From the NCBI GenBank assembly GCA_964057225.1, contig OZ059895.1, positions 16,616,001 through 16,680,000 on the forward strand: 64,000 nt of DNA. Direction: 5' to 3'. Position numbers and translations under genes: made by a program. This DNA comes from Auanema rhodensis (Eukaryota > Animalia > Nematoda). Below, piece after piece: positions 51,603-64,000 of the stretch (positions within the stretch are counted from its first letter, which is position 1; every line of letters starts with the position of its first letter). A model generated the notes under the pieces. The model searched no databases. It was not told the DNA's origin and saw nothing but the letters and a program-made list of their open reading frames with translations.

Positions 51603-52619
51603 TCTTCAGTATTATCTCATTCTCCCATTCTCTTTTATTTCTATATTCCTCTTTAGTTATCGTCCTTTCCATTCATTCCCATTTTCCTAGCTCGTCCAGC
51701 CAATTATCAACAAGAACTTCACGGAACATCGCCGAAATTTGCGATTTTTTGCTTCTCTCATCGACGCCTTTTTCATACAATTCTGCCAGATAGTTATTTT
51801 GTTTGGAACATTCATCTCTATATTTGATTCCAGCACCCAAAAGAGAGTGAGATAGATAGAGAGGGAGCGAGAGAGAGAGAGAAGCTTTTCCCTTTGATTT
51901 GAAACTCTCAAACTCCTCTTTTCCTTGTTCAATTTCACTTTTCTCATTTTATTCCAATAGTTTCAGCTATTTCATGAATATAGTCCTGCTTAGCTCATTA
52001 AGTTGTAATCAAAATCCCGCCTATTAACTCCAACGTTTCTTCAATTTAAATTTGAGAGAAAGAAGAGATATACAGAGAGAGAGAATGAGAGAGAGAGAAG
52101 GCTTTATAGAGAGTTGATGAATTTCTGTACTAGAAATCTCCTTCGTCATCTCTTTGAGCTTTTTTCGGAGTTCGTTCTCGTCACGTTTTATCGTTTTTTC
52201 TCAACCAATAGTACTTTTTACCTTGAAAAGTGGCAACGTAATGAGAAGCGTAAATACAAGCAAAGTTTGAGCAAATTGCGTCTGATAATCAGACTATTTC
52301 CAAGCTTTCAACATTGCCGCTTTCGCCTCTAGCTCCTCCTATCTTCTTCAAAACTCCTCACAACAGCCTAACACATCATCTGACCAGTGATCACTAGCCG
52401 AAGCCTAAAACAGGCTATGGAATATTAGTTTTTCAAACCTTTCTCCCCCATAAGCATTTCCCATCAGAATTTTGATGATATATGGACCTGCACTTGAGGT
52501 TGTCAGTTTGAGATATTGATTTGCTTTCCAAAGTACAGAATAATGGTTACTCACTCAGACGATTTTTATTTAAATATTTCTCTCTTTTCCCCCTTTTCAC
52601 CTGGGGCTCTCTCTCTGTA

Positions 52620-52657
<38 letters not shown>

Positions 52658-53077
52658 AGTTTCTCTTTTTATCTGTTTTTTTCGTTTTTTCATAACATCG
52701 GTCACTCTTATTCATATTTTATTTTTAATTTTTTTCAAAGAAATAACTTAGAATTTTTCAGAACTACAAGCAATTTCCGTCGATTAGACTTGACAGCAGC
52801 AAAATCCAGAAACGGCTCATACTACTTCAACGACATTTTATTTATTTTTTTTCGTTTTTCTTTCCTTTTCACTCCATTTTTTGTCATTTTTCTCTCTTTT
52901 CCTATTCACAAATTCTCTGACCGAAAGTAAATTCATACTCAAAAACTTAGTAGTGGCTTTTCATGTCTATCTGTTTCAGCCCCTTCTACTTCTAAGTACT
53001 ACTGGTTTTTTTGGTCTGTCGAAAATCTCAGAATGATCTTCCTTATGTGTGTACCATATATACATAATAAAACTAAA

Positions 53078-53138
<61 letters not shown>

Positions 53139-54648
53139 ATCTATCTATATACTTCTCTTTTTATTTCTGATATTCAACATAGATTACTATATATTATATA
53201 CTCAAAAGGCAAATGTTTAATCTCTACTGCTTTTCATAAAAATGCATTTTCCATTCACAATATCCTATTCGATTGTAGCAGACAATGGATACTATATGGT
53301 ATGTAATATCTATCCATGTTACTACTACAACCTCCTTTCGCTATCTACCTATCTCATTCCTCCTCCTGTTTTCCTCACTCACTTGTCATCAACAACCATT
53401 TTTTTGCTTCTTAATCATACTCCCTGAACCCATTGTGCTGGCCAGCTTTCTCTGTTCATTCTCCTTCTCCTCGTTTTCAACTCATAACTCATGTGTAGCT
53501 CACCTTTTACCAACTTATATCCCAGCACGATTCTAACAAATTACAATTGGCTCACGTAGTTCAAAGTTGAAGAGAGACCAAAGGCATACTTTATACAATC
53601 AGTCACATATACTATTCGTCTTTTATAGTTATGAACTCTTCTCTCCGTTTTAACTTCTTCAACTCCCTCATAGGGCTGTCGGTCCATGCTTAAAGGCCCA
53701 CCCGGCTTCAGCCACTAATGACTAATGTCATCTAAATTGGTCCTCTTCTCTTGGCCAGTGTTGTCCTTCGTCTGCTCGTTTTCTATCTTCATTCGCTCTA
53801 TAGTTTGTCACTCTCTGTATTCTATGCCCTAAGGGCATCATGCTTCTTCTTCTCTTCCTTGTATATGTAGCTTCTCTTCTCTCTTTTATTCCAATTTGCA
53901 TGAAAATTAAGTCTCCAACCCACACACTCACACACACACATATTGCCTCAGATTTACACCATCACCTCGTCATTGAGTAATTGCTCAATGCTAATGAAAA
54001 TCTAATCAACAACAATGTTTCTGCCGGCCAAGCTTTTATGCGGCTTTCGCAACTTTCTCATACCAGCTTCTCAATCTATGCAGAAGAGAGGAATTCAAAA
54101 ATCAATGTTTTTTCTGTTTTTCTTCAGTTTCATATTCACATAGCCATCTCTTAACCTTTGAAATCTTAATTTTGCCTGTGTTACTTCCTCCCCCCCCTCT
54201 CTCTCTATCTCTCTCTCTCTCTCTTCTCTACTCTCTACTCCCTTCTATCTTACACAGTTCTTTATACTTCCTTCTCTATTACCCTATTTGATGATTATTG
54301 TTTTTCAGTTTGTAAATAATCGAAAGCATACATCATCATCTTACTACACTCTCTAGTAAAAATTTCTCGCCCACCACTCACTGGCTCTCCCTACTGTATC
54401 TCAATATCAATTATTTTCTTTTATTTTTCTTCTATCTCTCGTTCTCGCCTTCTTTCTATCACACCACCTACCCCCTTTTCCTAACTGAAGCATAAAGAAA
54501 GACCGACTGACTGCGACAGAAACAACGAAGATTGTATTACCAGTTATGGTCACGATGACGACTGGATTGAGTTACCGTCGTCATCGCAGTTCGACTCCTG
54601 TTGTCCGTGGTCGGTTGGTCGGCTTTCTTCTTCTACTCCTTCAACTCG

Positions 54649-56641
54649 ATGCCACGTACATCTGAATTGCGCACTTTAACCATAACACGGCCAACAACAA
54701 CAGCCCTTCTCGCAATGCGTCCATCCACCTCATCTGCTTCTTCGGCATCATCGTCATCGTCCCTATTTGATTCTGACTCTACCCAGCCCTTCACTGATTT
54801 TTCCACTTCTTCAGCCTTGACAGTGCCAATTATTCGTTTACACCGCCCATATTGGGCAACAAATTCTCAAAATATTTATGAGGTATCCAAACATTTCTTT
54901 CACAGTTTTTCAGTCAAAATCGACTTCAAAACAGACTTTTTATGGTTCTTTATTCCCACTTTTAATCTGTTTTTCCATCTAAACACATTTGACTTATAGA
55001 AGCTATTATAGGATAATGGAATGAGTGAAGAAGATCATTACGATACGCCGTGGGAATTCCTAGCCCGGCCGACATCGGTCCGACTATCCTCAGCGGATAT
55101 TCGCCTGTCAATTAGCCCAAAAAATAGTAATACTTTCGATATATTAGAAAAAAAATAATAAAAACATATAGTATTAATTGATATGATATAGTTATCAATC
55201 AGTAATATCCTATCTTTACAATCAAAATATATCATTTTTCAGAAGATAATTTGACAAAATCGCCGTCAATTACCAGCCAGCTTGCCCATATAAATAATTC
55301 GCCGCCCATTGATGATTCAAAACGACATTCATTACGAGAGCGTATAAGTAAAGTTGATCATCATCACAATCATCATCAACTACTTCATCATCAAATCCGT
55401 CGGCGTGATGAAGAAGATTATATATTGGAGAAAAACGTCGACAGAGTCGAAGCTGAGAAACGCTTAGAAGCTCGTTCAACAGGAGATTTCCTTTTACGGT
55501 ATGTGTTTGAATACATAATTAATACTATTGAAAAGAATTAAAAATCAGTAGCATATAGTTAAGTCTTATCTAGTCTGTTTAAATGGCTTAGAAAGAGAGA
55601 AAGGAAGAGAGAGGGGAGAGAGAGAGAACGAGAGAGAGAAAGCAGCAAAAAAAGATTATTCTAACCAAAAAAATTTCGAAATATATTCAAGATACCAGTT
55701 ATATACAACTAAACCAACCGTTCAATCTGCTAACTGCTTGCAAAATAATAATGACACGTAACTAGCTCATACGTGGAAGTTACGTGGAAAATTTGAATAA
55801 ATTTTCAAATTTAAATAACTAAAATGGTTTGAAATACAAAAGAATTATATTTCATTAGCACATAAAGAAAAGAATATAATTAAAATTTCTAAATAATTTC
55901 AATGAGATATTTCAATTAGAATACGATGAGAATCATTAATTGAATGTCATATAAGAGTAGTAATGGCTTAAAATCGGAATCTTTGATGTCATAATCTTCT
56001 ATTCTAATAATGAGTTAGAAGACAGTAATCGATTATTTTGACTATTTAGAGTTAAAACGAAATCATTGAATTCATTAAAAATAATTGTGTGTATTTCCTA
56101 AAGAAATAGGATTAATTGATATTTGTTTATCGGAAATGAAATGATTATCATTAGTTTTTGCTAGTTTTTTTGGGGTTCTTATGATATAAAGCTGAACAAG
56201 CTCGATAATTTCGAATCGGCCACGTTGTTTTCTCGAAAATTCAAAACAAAAACATAATTATAATTAAGCATAATGTCAATAATGTCTATTCTTGATATAA
56301 GAATATAAAAATGAAATATTTTCGTAAGAATGACTATTAAAAGCCAAAAATATATAAGAAATAGATGAATAATCATGAAAACTATATCAAAGAATACATA
56401 TTTAACCAATAACTATTACAGGTTACGTGGAGAAGGTAGCGCAGCTCTCTCATTACGTGGTTCTGCCGGTATTTTACACATAAAATTGGAACGTCGTGGA
56501 GAAAAGTGGATCATTGGTGATGGTCCATGTTTCCGATCTATTACTTCAGCCATAAACTACTATCAGCGTCATCCTCTACCTATTCGAGGGGCTGATCATC
56601 TCTTGCTCAGACAGCCAGTCTCAAGTGTTTTACGATTTTAA
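54649..56641 (+). CDS. SH2-domain adaptor of the SHB/SHD/SHE/SHF type, 4 exons; start codon uncertain
   Basis: Ser-rich N-terminus, NIYE and HYDTPWE tyrosine motifs, and a C-terminal SH2 domain (RVEAEKRL...GDFLLR|...LSLR...HIK...YY...LPIRGADHLLLRQPV) matching the SHB-family YDxPWE and LPIKGAEH-type ending. Confidence 0.82.
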
Positions 56642-58050
56642 ACGTATTACCATTACTAGTGTGAAGTAGTAGATATTTGGAGATTATGCTTTGTCTTCCT
56701 CATTAGTGCTCTAGATGATGATGTAATCTTCACTCATGTCCCAATCCCACATAGTTTTAGCTTATGCTTAGCTTAAAGCTTGAAACTTCAAAAAGTTGTA
56801 TAAAACATATTTTTGCGCTCTCAGCATAGGAAAAGCTTTTCGACGTACGTAGACCCCATCCCCGGAAATTCGGTGAAAAATGACCGCAATTTCCACAAAA
56901 AAATCTTTCCGGTTGTTATGTTATGAGCATTTTTTCGCAACAGATGTACATAATAATAAATATTATATATTAAGTTAAATATAAATAGAATAAGAAGAAC
57001 AGTGACAAAATCAAAACAAAGAAAATATTTGAAGTTGTTTAAAAAAATATAGAGAACGACGTTATAAATCAATGATCATGATAAATCAATACTATTGATA
57101 AGAAGAAAAATATTTGGTGAAAGGTAACACGACAACTAATTAATCATCATGGAATACAAAATTAATAATTAATTAATGTAAAATAATGCTTTAAGGGGCG
57201 TTTTGGCCCAAGCTTGAATATCAGGCATTATCTAGTTCTTAACATTGACTCAAAAATTAGTTTCATAAGTACAACATGTATAAACATCTTGGATAACGAA
57301 GGCTTCTAATCTAGATCAAGAACCTATGATATAACAATCACTGTAGAGTCAGCTTACAACGAAATGAGCTGTCAGTTTTGAAGACGCATCACTACAAAAT
57401 CTCCGAGACCGAAAATCTGCGAATACCGTATGGCTTAGAAGTAGCAAGTGCCATAAGTTGATGTACATGCTTTCTCAACATCTGATAGTATTTGAGATTG
57501 AACATCATATAATGTTTTAATTTTGTTCATTAAGGGAATATTTGCTAAAACCTGGATAAGATGTAGAACACTTAGAGATCTGTTTCATTAAATTATTTCC
57601 ACTATGTTTAAATGCAATTTATTCTTCATCATAACTTGATTTTGAGGTATATGTATCTTGCTATTCAATGTCAAACTTCTCATGTAGATATATGTCCTAA
57701 TAAAAATTTATCGAATATTGCTTAAATATAATCTGGGAAAATATTTCTCTCTTTCTTCAAATTCTACAAACAAAGCTTTATTCTTAAAACTTTTTCAATG
57801 TTCAGAGTGATTAAGATGTTGATATATTTCTTCTAAAAAATTTCATTTTTAATAACATTCGTCGTGTTAATATTAATAATTTCCTTTGTTGAATATTATA
57901 TATTGAAGTTGAATAATTAAAATTAAAATTTTATTTCTTAGTGAATTTTTCAAACATTAAATACGCAAAATGTCGTCACAGTTATCTGCTGGTAAAATGT
58001 GGCCACTTTACAAGTTAAAAGATTTAGTGTTTTCTTTTTGAATTTATGCC

Positions 58051-59450
58051 ATGAAAGAAAGAAGCATGAAAGCTAAACTTCTAAAAGGGGTTCCATTTCT
58101 CTTGCGACCTATAACGCACAAAGGTAACCTCTTATAACAAGCTCATTAAAATCTTTCTTTATAGAAGATTGGTTCATTGGATTTGTACTAGGAAGTTTAC
58201 ATGCGCTAATAGTTACATTAGTATATCACTATGTTCCTGAGCCATATATGGATGAAATTTTCCACATTGGACAGACTCGAAGATATTGTGAAGGCAATTA
58301 CACGTAACTCTTCAATGACTTTCAACATTATGCTTTCTTTCGTTTCCAGGTGGGATCCTATGATCACTACACCACCAGCTCTGTATGTGATATCTCTTCC
58401 TTTATGTGGTGGATATGAACGCTATATGAATTCCCTTCTTTTTATTCTTCTTTTTGTATTTGGAAGCAGGTGAGAGTCGAAACTTTCTTCAAATTTCACT
58501 TTAAATATAGGTTTCGTCGAATGTTTCAAAGAGATACAGTGTCCGCTACAGTTACCGCTGTCGTCTTATTACCGGTTCTTCTTCATTCTTCAGTTTTATT
58601 TTACACCGATCTGCTATCACTAGTTTTGGTTATTGGAGGATTTTCTATTCATTCCCCTATTTATGCATCTATTTTCTTTTTCTTCTCATGCTTATCTCGA
58701 CAAACTAATATAGTTTGGGCTGGACTATATGCCCTAGTTCGAATATATTTCCATTTTGATTCAGCAAAGCCTTTCCGCTCTTTATTTCGGTCCGTCTTCA
58801 AACTTTGGACGTTTGTCCTGTTGGCTTGTGCATTCTTAGTTTTTGTTTATTTGAATAAGGGAATTGTACTTGGTGATCCCTCTGCTCATCAGCCAAAATT
58901 GCACTTTTCACAATTTCTTTACTTCGGGCTGTTCAGTGCCTGTCATGCTAGTCCAAATGTTTTCAGAAATATCGGCGGTTTTATAGCATCATCAATGAAG
59001 CCATTACCTATTCTATCCTTGGCTTTAATCGTACCTGTGATAAACTATTTTACTTTTGATCATCCGTATCTTTTAGCTGATAACCGTCACGTACCGTTTT
59101 ACCTGTGGCGATGGTGGCTTCAGAATCCTTTAAAACGTGTTGCTTTAGCTCCACTTTATATGCTTTCATTCGTTTTTCTAAATAAGCTGTCTTCTCATAT
59201 TCCAATTCTTGTACGAACCCTCTTTTGTCTGTGTACGATGTCTGTAATAGTTCCAGCTCATCTCATAGAGCCAAGATACTTCATCGTACCTTACGTACTC
59301 TGGAGATTATCTGCTAGATCTTTAAAACCATTGGCTATTCTTGAAATAGTTTTACATCTTGCTATATCTTCTGTAGTTTTGTATTTATTTTTGTTTAAGC
59401 CTTTCGAGTGGTCCCATGAACCCGGAATTAAACAACGATTTATGTGGTAA
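58051..59450 (+). CDS. ALG10: ALG10/DIE2 alpha-1,2-glucosyltransferase, 4 exons
   Basis: VPEPYMDEIFH, WDPMITTPP, LFYTD, RQTNIVW, GIVLGD..AH, HPYLLADNRH, EPRYF and QRFMW. Confidence 0.96.
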
Positions 59451-59830
59451 AACTTATTAATGTAAATAAAATATTTAAGTAAATTTGAAAAATAGAAAAA
59501 AAACAATCAAGGCCTGCTGTATATAAGGCAAGGTACGTGAGCGTTAAGATAGCACCGATCCTGCAGCTATCACTGTTATTAGCAATTTAGTAAAGTGAAA
59601 TCTAGAGAGTGAGCACGAAACGCAGAATTAAAGCTTATTCTGCCTAAGTTAATGGCATCATATGTAAAATGTCAGACCCATTCATCACAAGATTATGCTC
59701 CAAAACGCATAAAGGACAAGAAACTGATGGCAAACTATGGCAAAACAATGATTATGATAAATATATAATGCAATATTAAATTAGTTATGTGATATCACAG
59801 AAAATTCAAAAAATGTAGTGAAAAAAAAAT

Positions 59831-62789
59831 TTAAGTATAAGCAGAAATTTGGTCGACTAAGGTATCTATAGATGCTAAACTTGCTGCTTTAGAACCGAAA
59901 CACATATTTCGTTGAGCCTCAGGCATGGCTTCAGGGCAATGAATTGGGTGATAAATATGAACTAATCCAGCTTCTGGAGCTCTGATGATACGAAGTGTCC
60001 CATTTTTTACAACCTGAAAGCTTACAAGTTAGATTCTACAAAGAGGAATAGCAGTGTACCTTTTCAAATAAATCTACGTCTTCCAGACCCCATCCTTCAA
60101 TCTTTGTGTCAAATCCACCGACGGAGATCAAATCAGCCTGGAAAAGACAAACCTAAATTCAAAAAACAACTATATTTTACCTTATATAATGCAGCTAAAC
60201 CGTAACCGAAATGGCGGAAATAACCACGTCTTCTTCCATAATGGAATGCGTCAGCAAGAAGTCGATCATTCTCAGACCAACTCTCTGGTGAAAATTCAGA
60301 AAAAACAATAGGGAAATAAACCTTTAAAAACATCGTTAAAGCTTCAAAATTACACAACTTGCAAACCTGTGCGTTCAAAATGGTGTTAAGTCTAATACGT
60401 TTTAAAGCATCACAGGTGAAAAGCATGTCAACATCCATGAAAAACATCAATCCATCATCAGGTACCTGGAAGATGAAAACCATTATGACTGTCAAATAGA
60501 AGATTTACAAACCATTTCGGCTCCTTTCATTAAAGCAACTCCACGACTGAATGCATGATTTGTCATCTCTATTACACTAACAGGAATATGACTACGTTTA
60601 AGATCTTCAATAGTAACTCTGAAAATTTTAATAAAAACCTAGAGTAATAAGATGAAATTCAAACCTATTCGCTTCTTCCTCCTCACTTTCATATAGAACT
60701 ATGATTACAGAAAGATCCCCAGCTTTGCCACATACATTCTTTAAATGGGTTGCAAACCTTAAAAGTTTATGATGAAAACAATAAAAGTGACAACAGAAAA
60801 AACCTGTTAAAAATCTCTGCTCTACCCTTTAAAGGTAAAATAAGATGAATATGACTGTTTTCAGAAGTATAATTGCTTGTTGACCGAAGATTATTTCTAA
60901 AACAAGGTTTTAACACTTAAAAAACCATTTATGTGATAATTACCTGATTTTTACTTCAGAATAAGCTTGAATAGGAGCAAACGTTTGTTGAACATAAGCG
61001 TGACGTCGTACAGATAGTGTAGTTCTATGCGGGGGACGGAATTTTTTGAACCTATAAAAGAAGAAAATTAAATTGGAAAAACTTCATGCAGTTTCTCGGA
61101 CCATAAAATCATATCCAGAACATAATCGACACCATATTGAGGTTCCACTCGTAGATAGCCATATTGGAGAGACTGGAACTGAAGAACACGACCACGTTGA
61201 CGAGCGTTAGTATTCAGTTCATCGAAAAGCTGTAAAATGACCATAAAGACATGGAAAAAAGCTATTCTGAAGGAAATTACCTGTGTGATGATATCACCCA
61301 TTTCAGTTCGAATACTTAGTTCAACTGTATGTCTTGGACAATTAACACGTCCGGCGCAGAAAATGATCTTGTTATTGTTGATGAATTCCCATGGAGTCAA
61401 ATCTTTAGAACTGCAAATGATTGAACTTGAAAGAGTATGAAAACAACTAAACCAACCTGTTTGGCATTGAACGTATTAAAGTTGGTGGATGAGCACTGCT
61501 TAATTCAGAATTAAGAATAGCTCTGTTAGATCTAAGTGATTGCAACTTGAATGCCCTGTTAAAAGCATGAACCCGCTTCATCACAGACGGATTTTTGATG
61601 GGGTGAACCGTAATAGCAGCTTTAACTTCGGATAAATCTCCTTGGTAAGGCTTAGATGAATGATATAATATGAATAACTGGAAAGAAAGTATTTACCTGT
61701 TGAACAGATTGATTATTATGGAAAAGTTTTTGCATTTCATAATTCCAAGTACAAGCTACTCCGACGTGCTTCCGAATACAACGTCCTAATTCTACGTCCT
61801 CATGACTTGTCAACATATGTTGTAAGCAATCTTCAAGATTAGGAGAAAGCATTCTGAAATATTACATGAATCACGTTACGATAGCATTAGTCAATACCTT
61901 AAAGCCTCCTGACTGAGTACAACCCCAGGACCACCCATGCAATAGTTATCAGTAGAACCCAAAGCTAAAGTACCATATTCTGCACTATTTCCCAATCCTG
62001 CCTGGCCAATTACTTGTGGCCTGGAATATGCAAACATTGAATCTACTTATTACAGTTATTCTTACTTAGACGAGTCAAGAGAGTGCAGAATTGAAGCTAA
62101 TTCTTCCCCTCTAATGTACAAATCGTCATCAGCTCGTAAAAACCAATCAAACTCTTCTAACTAAAAAATTGTTTCTAATATAAACACGAAAATTGAACTC
62201 ACATAGTTTTCTGCCATCCATTTCACCATTGCAAAACTTTTCTTTTGTGGTGGATAAGCATCATCAACGCCTTTTAAGCGTATTAAAGGCAAATCGGGAT
62301 AAATAGAATACGTGTCTTCAGCAACAAAGAATAAGACCTTCAAATAATGTTGAAAGTGTTTTATTTCCGGGAAGCTACTCACTTTTCCTGGTATATGTTG
62401 TGCCCATGTTTTCCAAACGTTATAGGCTCTGCTATCAACATATTTCGCAGCCTTAAATTTGAATTTCCTCAATAAGATCAAACTGATTGGCACATATTAC
62501 GAATCATGTTACCCACCGTCATAATTCCAATCATAACCAAGCCTCTCTCTCTAGGTGAGGCTCGTAGTGCTTCGCATTTTATTTCAAATTGTTGTATAGA
62601 TGGTGAAACGGACCACCTAAAAAAAACAATGTCAAGGTAGGATTAATAAATTTTTTGAATTACATTATACCACATCCTATTAAAAAACCAATCAAAGAGA
62701 GGACGAAAGGTCGGGAAAGCGGCATTTTCTAATTAAGGAAAACATTATATAAATATTAGTTAATTGAGACTTACCCCTCGTATTCTCAT
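59831..62789 (-). CDS. sqv-5: Chondroitin sulfate synthase (CHSY1-like), ~19 exons
   Basis: MRIRG|KMPLSR plus TM helix, [67 protein letters not shown] and GLVHIYHP. Confidence 0.95.
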
Positions 62790-63665
62790 GTCACCTTAAA
62801 ATACAACTAATTTGGAAACGGCAAGTAAGGAACGGCAGTTAGAAAATATAATATAACTTCAGAATAACATGTAATTAGATAATAAAATAACCCGTGGGTT
62901 GCCAAACAAAATATTTGTTCGAATTTTCTGAAAAAAATTAATAAAACTGATTAATCTACTAAACATAATTATCATAAAATTGAACATTAAGTGACCCAGG
63001 AGAAAATGAACATAAATTAGGAAAGGGAAGATTTGCGAAGGACATTAATCTTGTTGAAGACGTAGAGTGAGGTATAAGGCTGTGAGGATGCTCTCAGGTA
63101 TTGCTAAAGGTCATCGAATAACAAAAAGGGAGGAATCAGGAGACAAGAACCATGTACTGTTTACAAGGAGCCATTGTCCCTGACTAAGCATGCATATAAC
63201 ATCAGCAAACGGACAAACGAATTACAACAGAATGAGGGACATGCGGATGGAATACAATACGGTCAATTCAAAATTACTTAGTTATGATCCAAGCTTGCAT
63301 GCTAACCATTGCATTTCATGGGTATAGATTTAGTATGAATATTTTAAGCATCTTATAGTAATGATTAGTTTCAGTTTAGTAATATATGGCAAAGGGACCA
63401 TTGGAGGAAACAGGCTCTTACAAGTTTTGTTTAAGTGATGCACGTGGAAGACACCATCCATAAACTGTTTATTGGCGCATTTGACATAAGACGTGAATTG
63501 TGTGACATTTTAACAATTTATATAAGTTACCGTATTTTCCCAGTTTTTTGTCTTTTTGCTACTCTTGTGTATACAGTAGAGAATAGAGAAAATATTTAAA
63601 CCTATTAATGCATTGATCTTGTAGTTTCGAGCAATGTATTCACTGTCTATATTTAATAATTTTAG

Positions 63666-64000
63666 ATGGATCATCCCTCGTCCTCTCAAGATCCTGTACC
63701 TTTTGAGGATTTACAAAATCTTAATATCAACGGGTCAATAGCTGTATGTTTGACTATAACTACAAGTAAACTTATCACAAAGTATTCAGAGTAATGGAAT
63801 TAATTTTCATGAAACATTAATCAAAAAAGAGGACGCACTTGAAGCGGTTCGGTTAGGATTGAAAGGATTAAAACCTCGCAAATATGCTGAGAATAAATTA
63901 AAATTAAAATTTGATTATCGTGGAGAAAAACGAGCTGTTATGGTTCATCGCCCTGTACAACTTTCTTCCATAGAAGAATATATTAAAAAAACATTCGTTA
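63666..64000 (+). CDS. 5' end of a PB1-domain protein, probably a MEKK2/3-like MAP3K; truncated by the window end
   Basis: TTTAG-ATG start, one intron, then LKLKFDYRGEKRAVMVHRPVQL, resembling the MEKK2/3 PB1 start (VKFEHRGEKRI..RPV). Confidence 0.72.

Noticed and set aside
48525-52520. let-7-like words (GGTTGTATAGT near 48532; TGAGGTTGTCAG near 52495)
   Set aside because: Neither has the GAGGTAG seed together with a fold-back partner.
42884-53937. Numerous Leu/Ser/Phe-rich ORFs
   Set aside because: They are translations of CT microsatellites and pyrimidine tracts, with no splice-consistent model or recognisable domain.
56750-56785. Telomere-like TTAGGC repeat
   Set aside because: Only degenerate TTAGC/TTATGC words are present, with no true tandem hexamers.

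Overview
AT-rich, intron-dense eukaryotic DNA from a rhabditid-type nematode (45-60 nt introns, cuticle collagen, cuticlin, Srt chemoreceptors, nematode-type U1). Conserved genes modelled by hand: cuticlin 3' end, RPF2, dynactin p27, complexin, NIPP1, a cuticle collagen, a peroxisomal NUDT7-type Nudix hydrolase, an SHB/SHF-type SH2 adaptor, ALG10, chondroitin synthase (sqv-5) and the start of a PB1-domain MEKK2/3-like gene. RNA genes: tRNA-Arg(ACG) and an interleaved pseudoU1 / tRNA-Asp / U1 / tRNA-Asp / U1 array. There are five intact-looking Srt genes and one Srt pseudogene. Three things stand out. (1) A 2.8-kb Maverick/Polinton derivative (9304-12103) has perfect 36-bp terminal inverted repeats and a 6-bp target-site duplication, and carries polymerase and protease fragments plus an intron-containing ubiquitin-like + atypical-kinase cargo gene; a second derivative 1.8 kb away holds the complementary protease half. 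(2) The 5.5-kb 'satellite' at 30.5-36.0 kb is really a minus-strand gene whose repeat unit is one 72-nt exon plus one 67-nt intron, encoding a ~1,200-aa secreted protein with ~37 copies of a 24-aa repeat. (3) Splice sites are unusually relaxed, with frequent AAG acceptors, one GAG acceptor and one GC donor. All gene models and counts are manual readings; no database searches were run.
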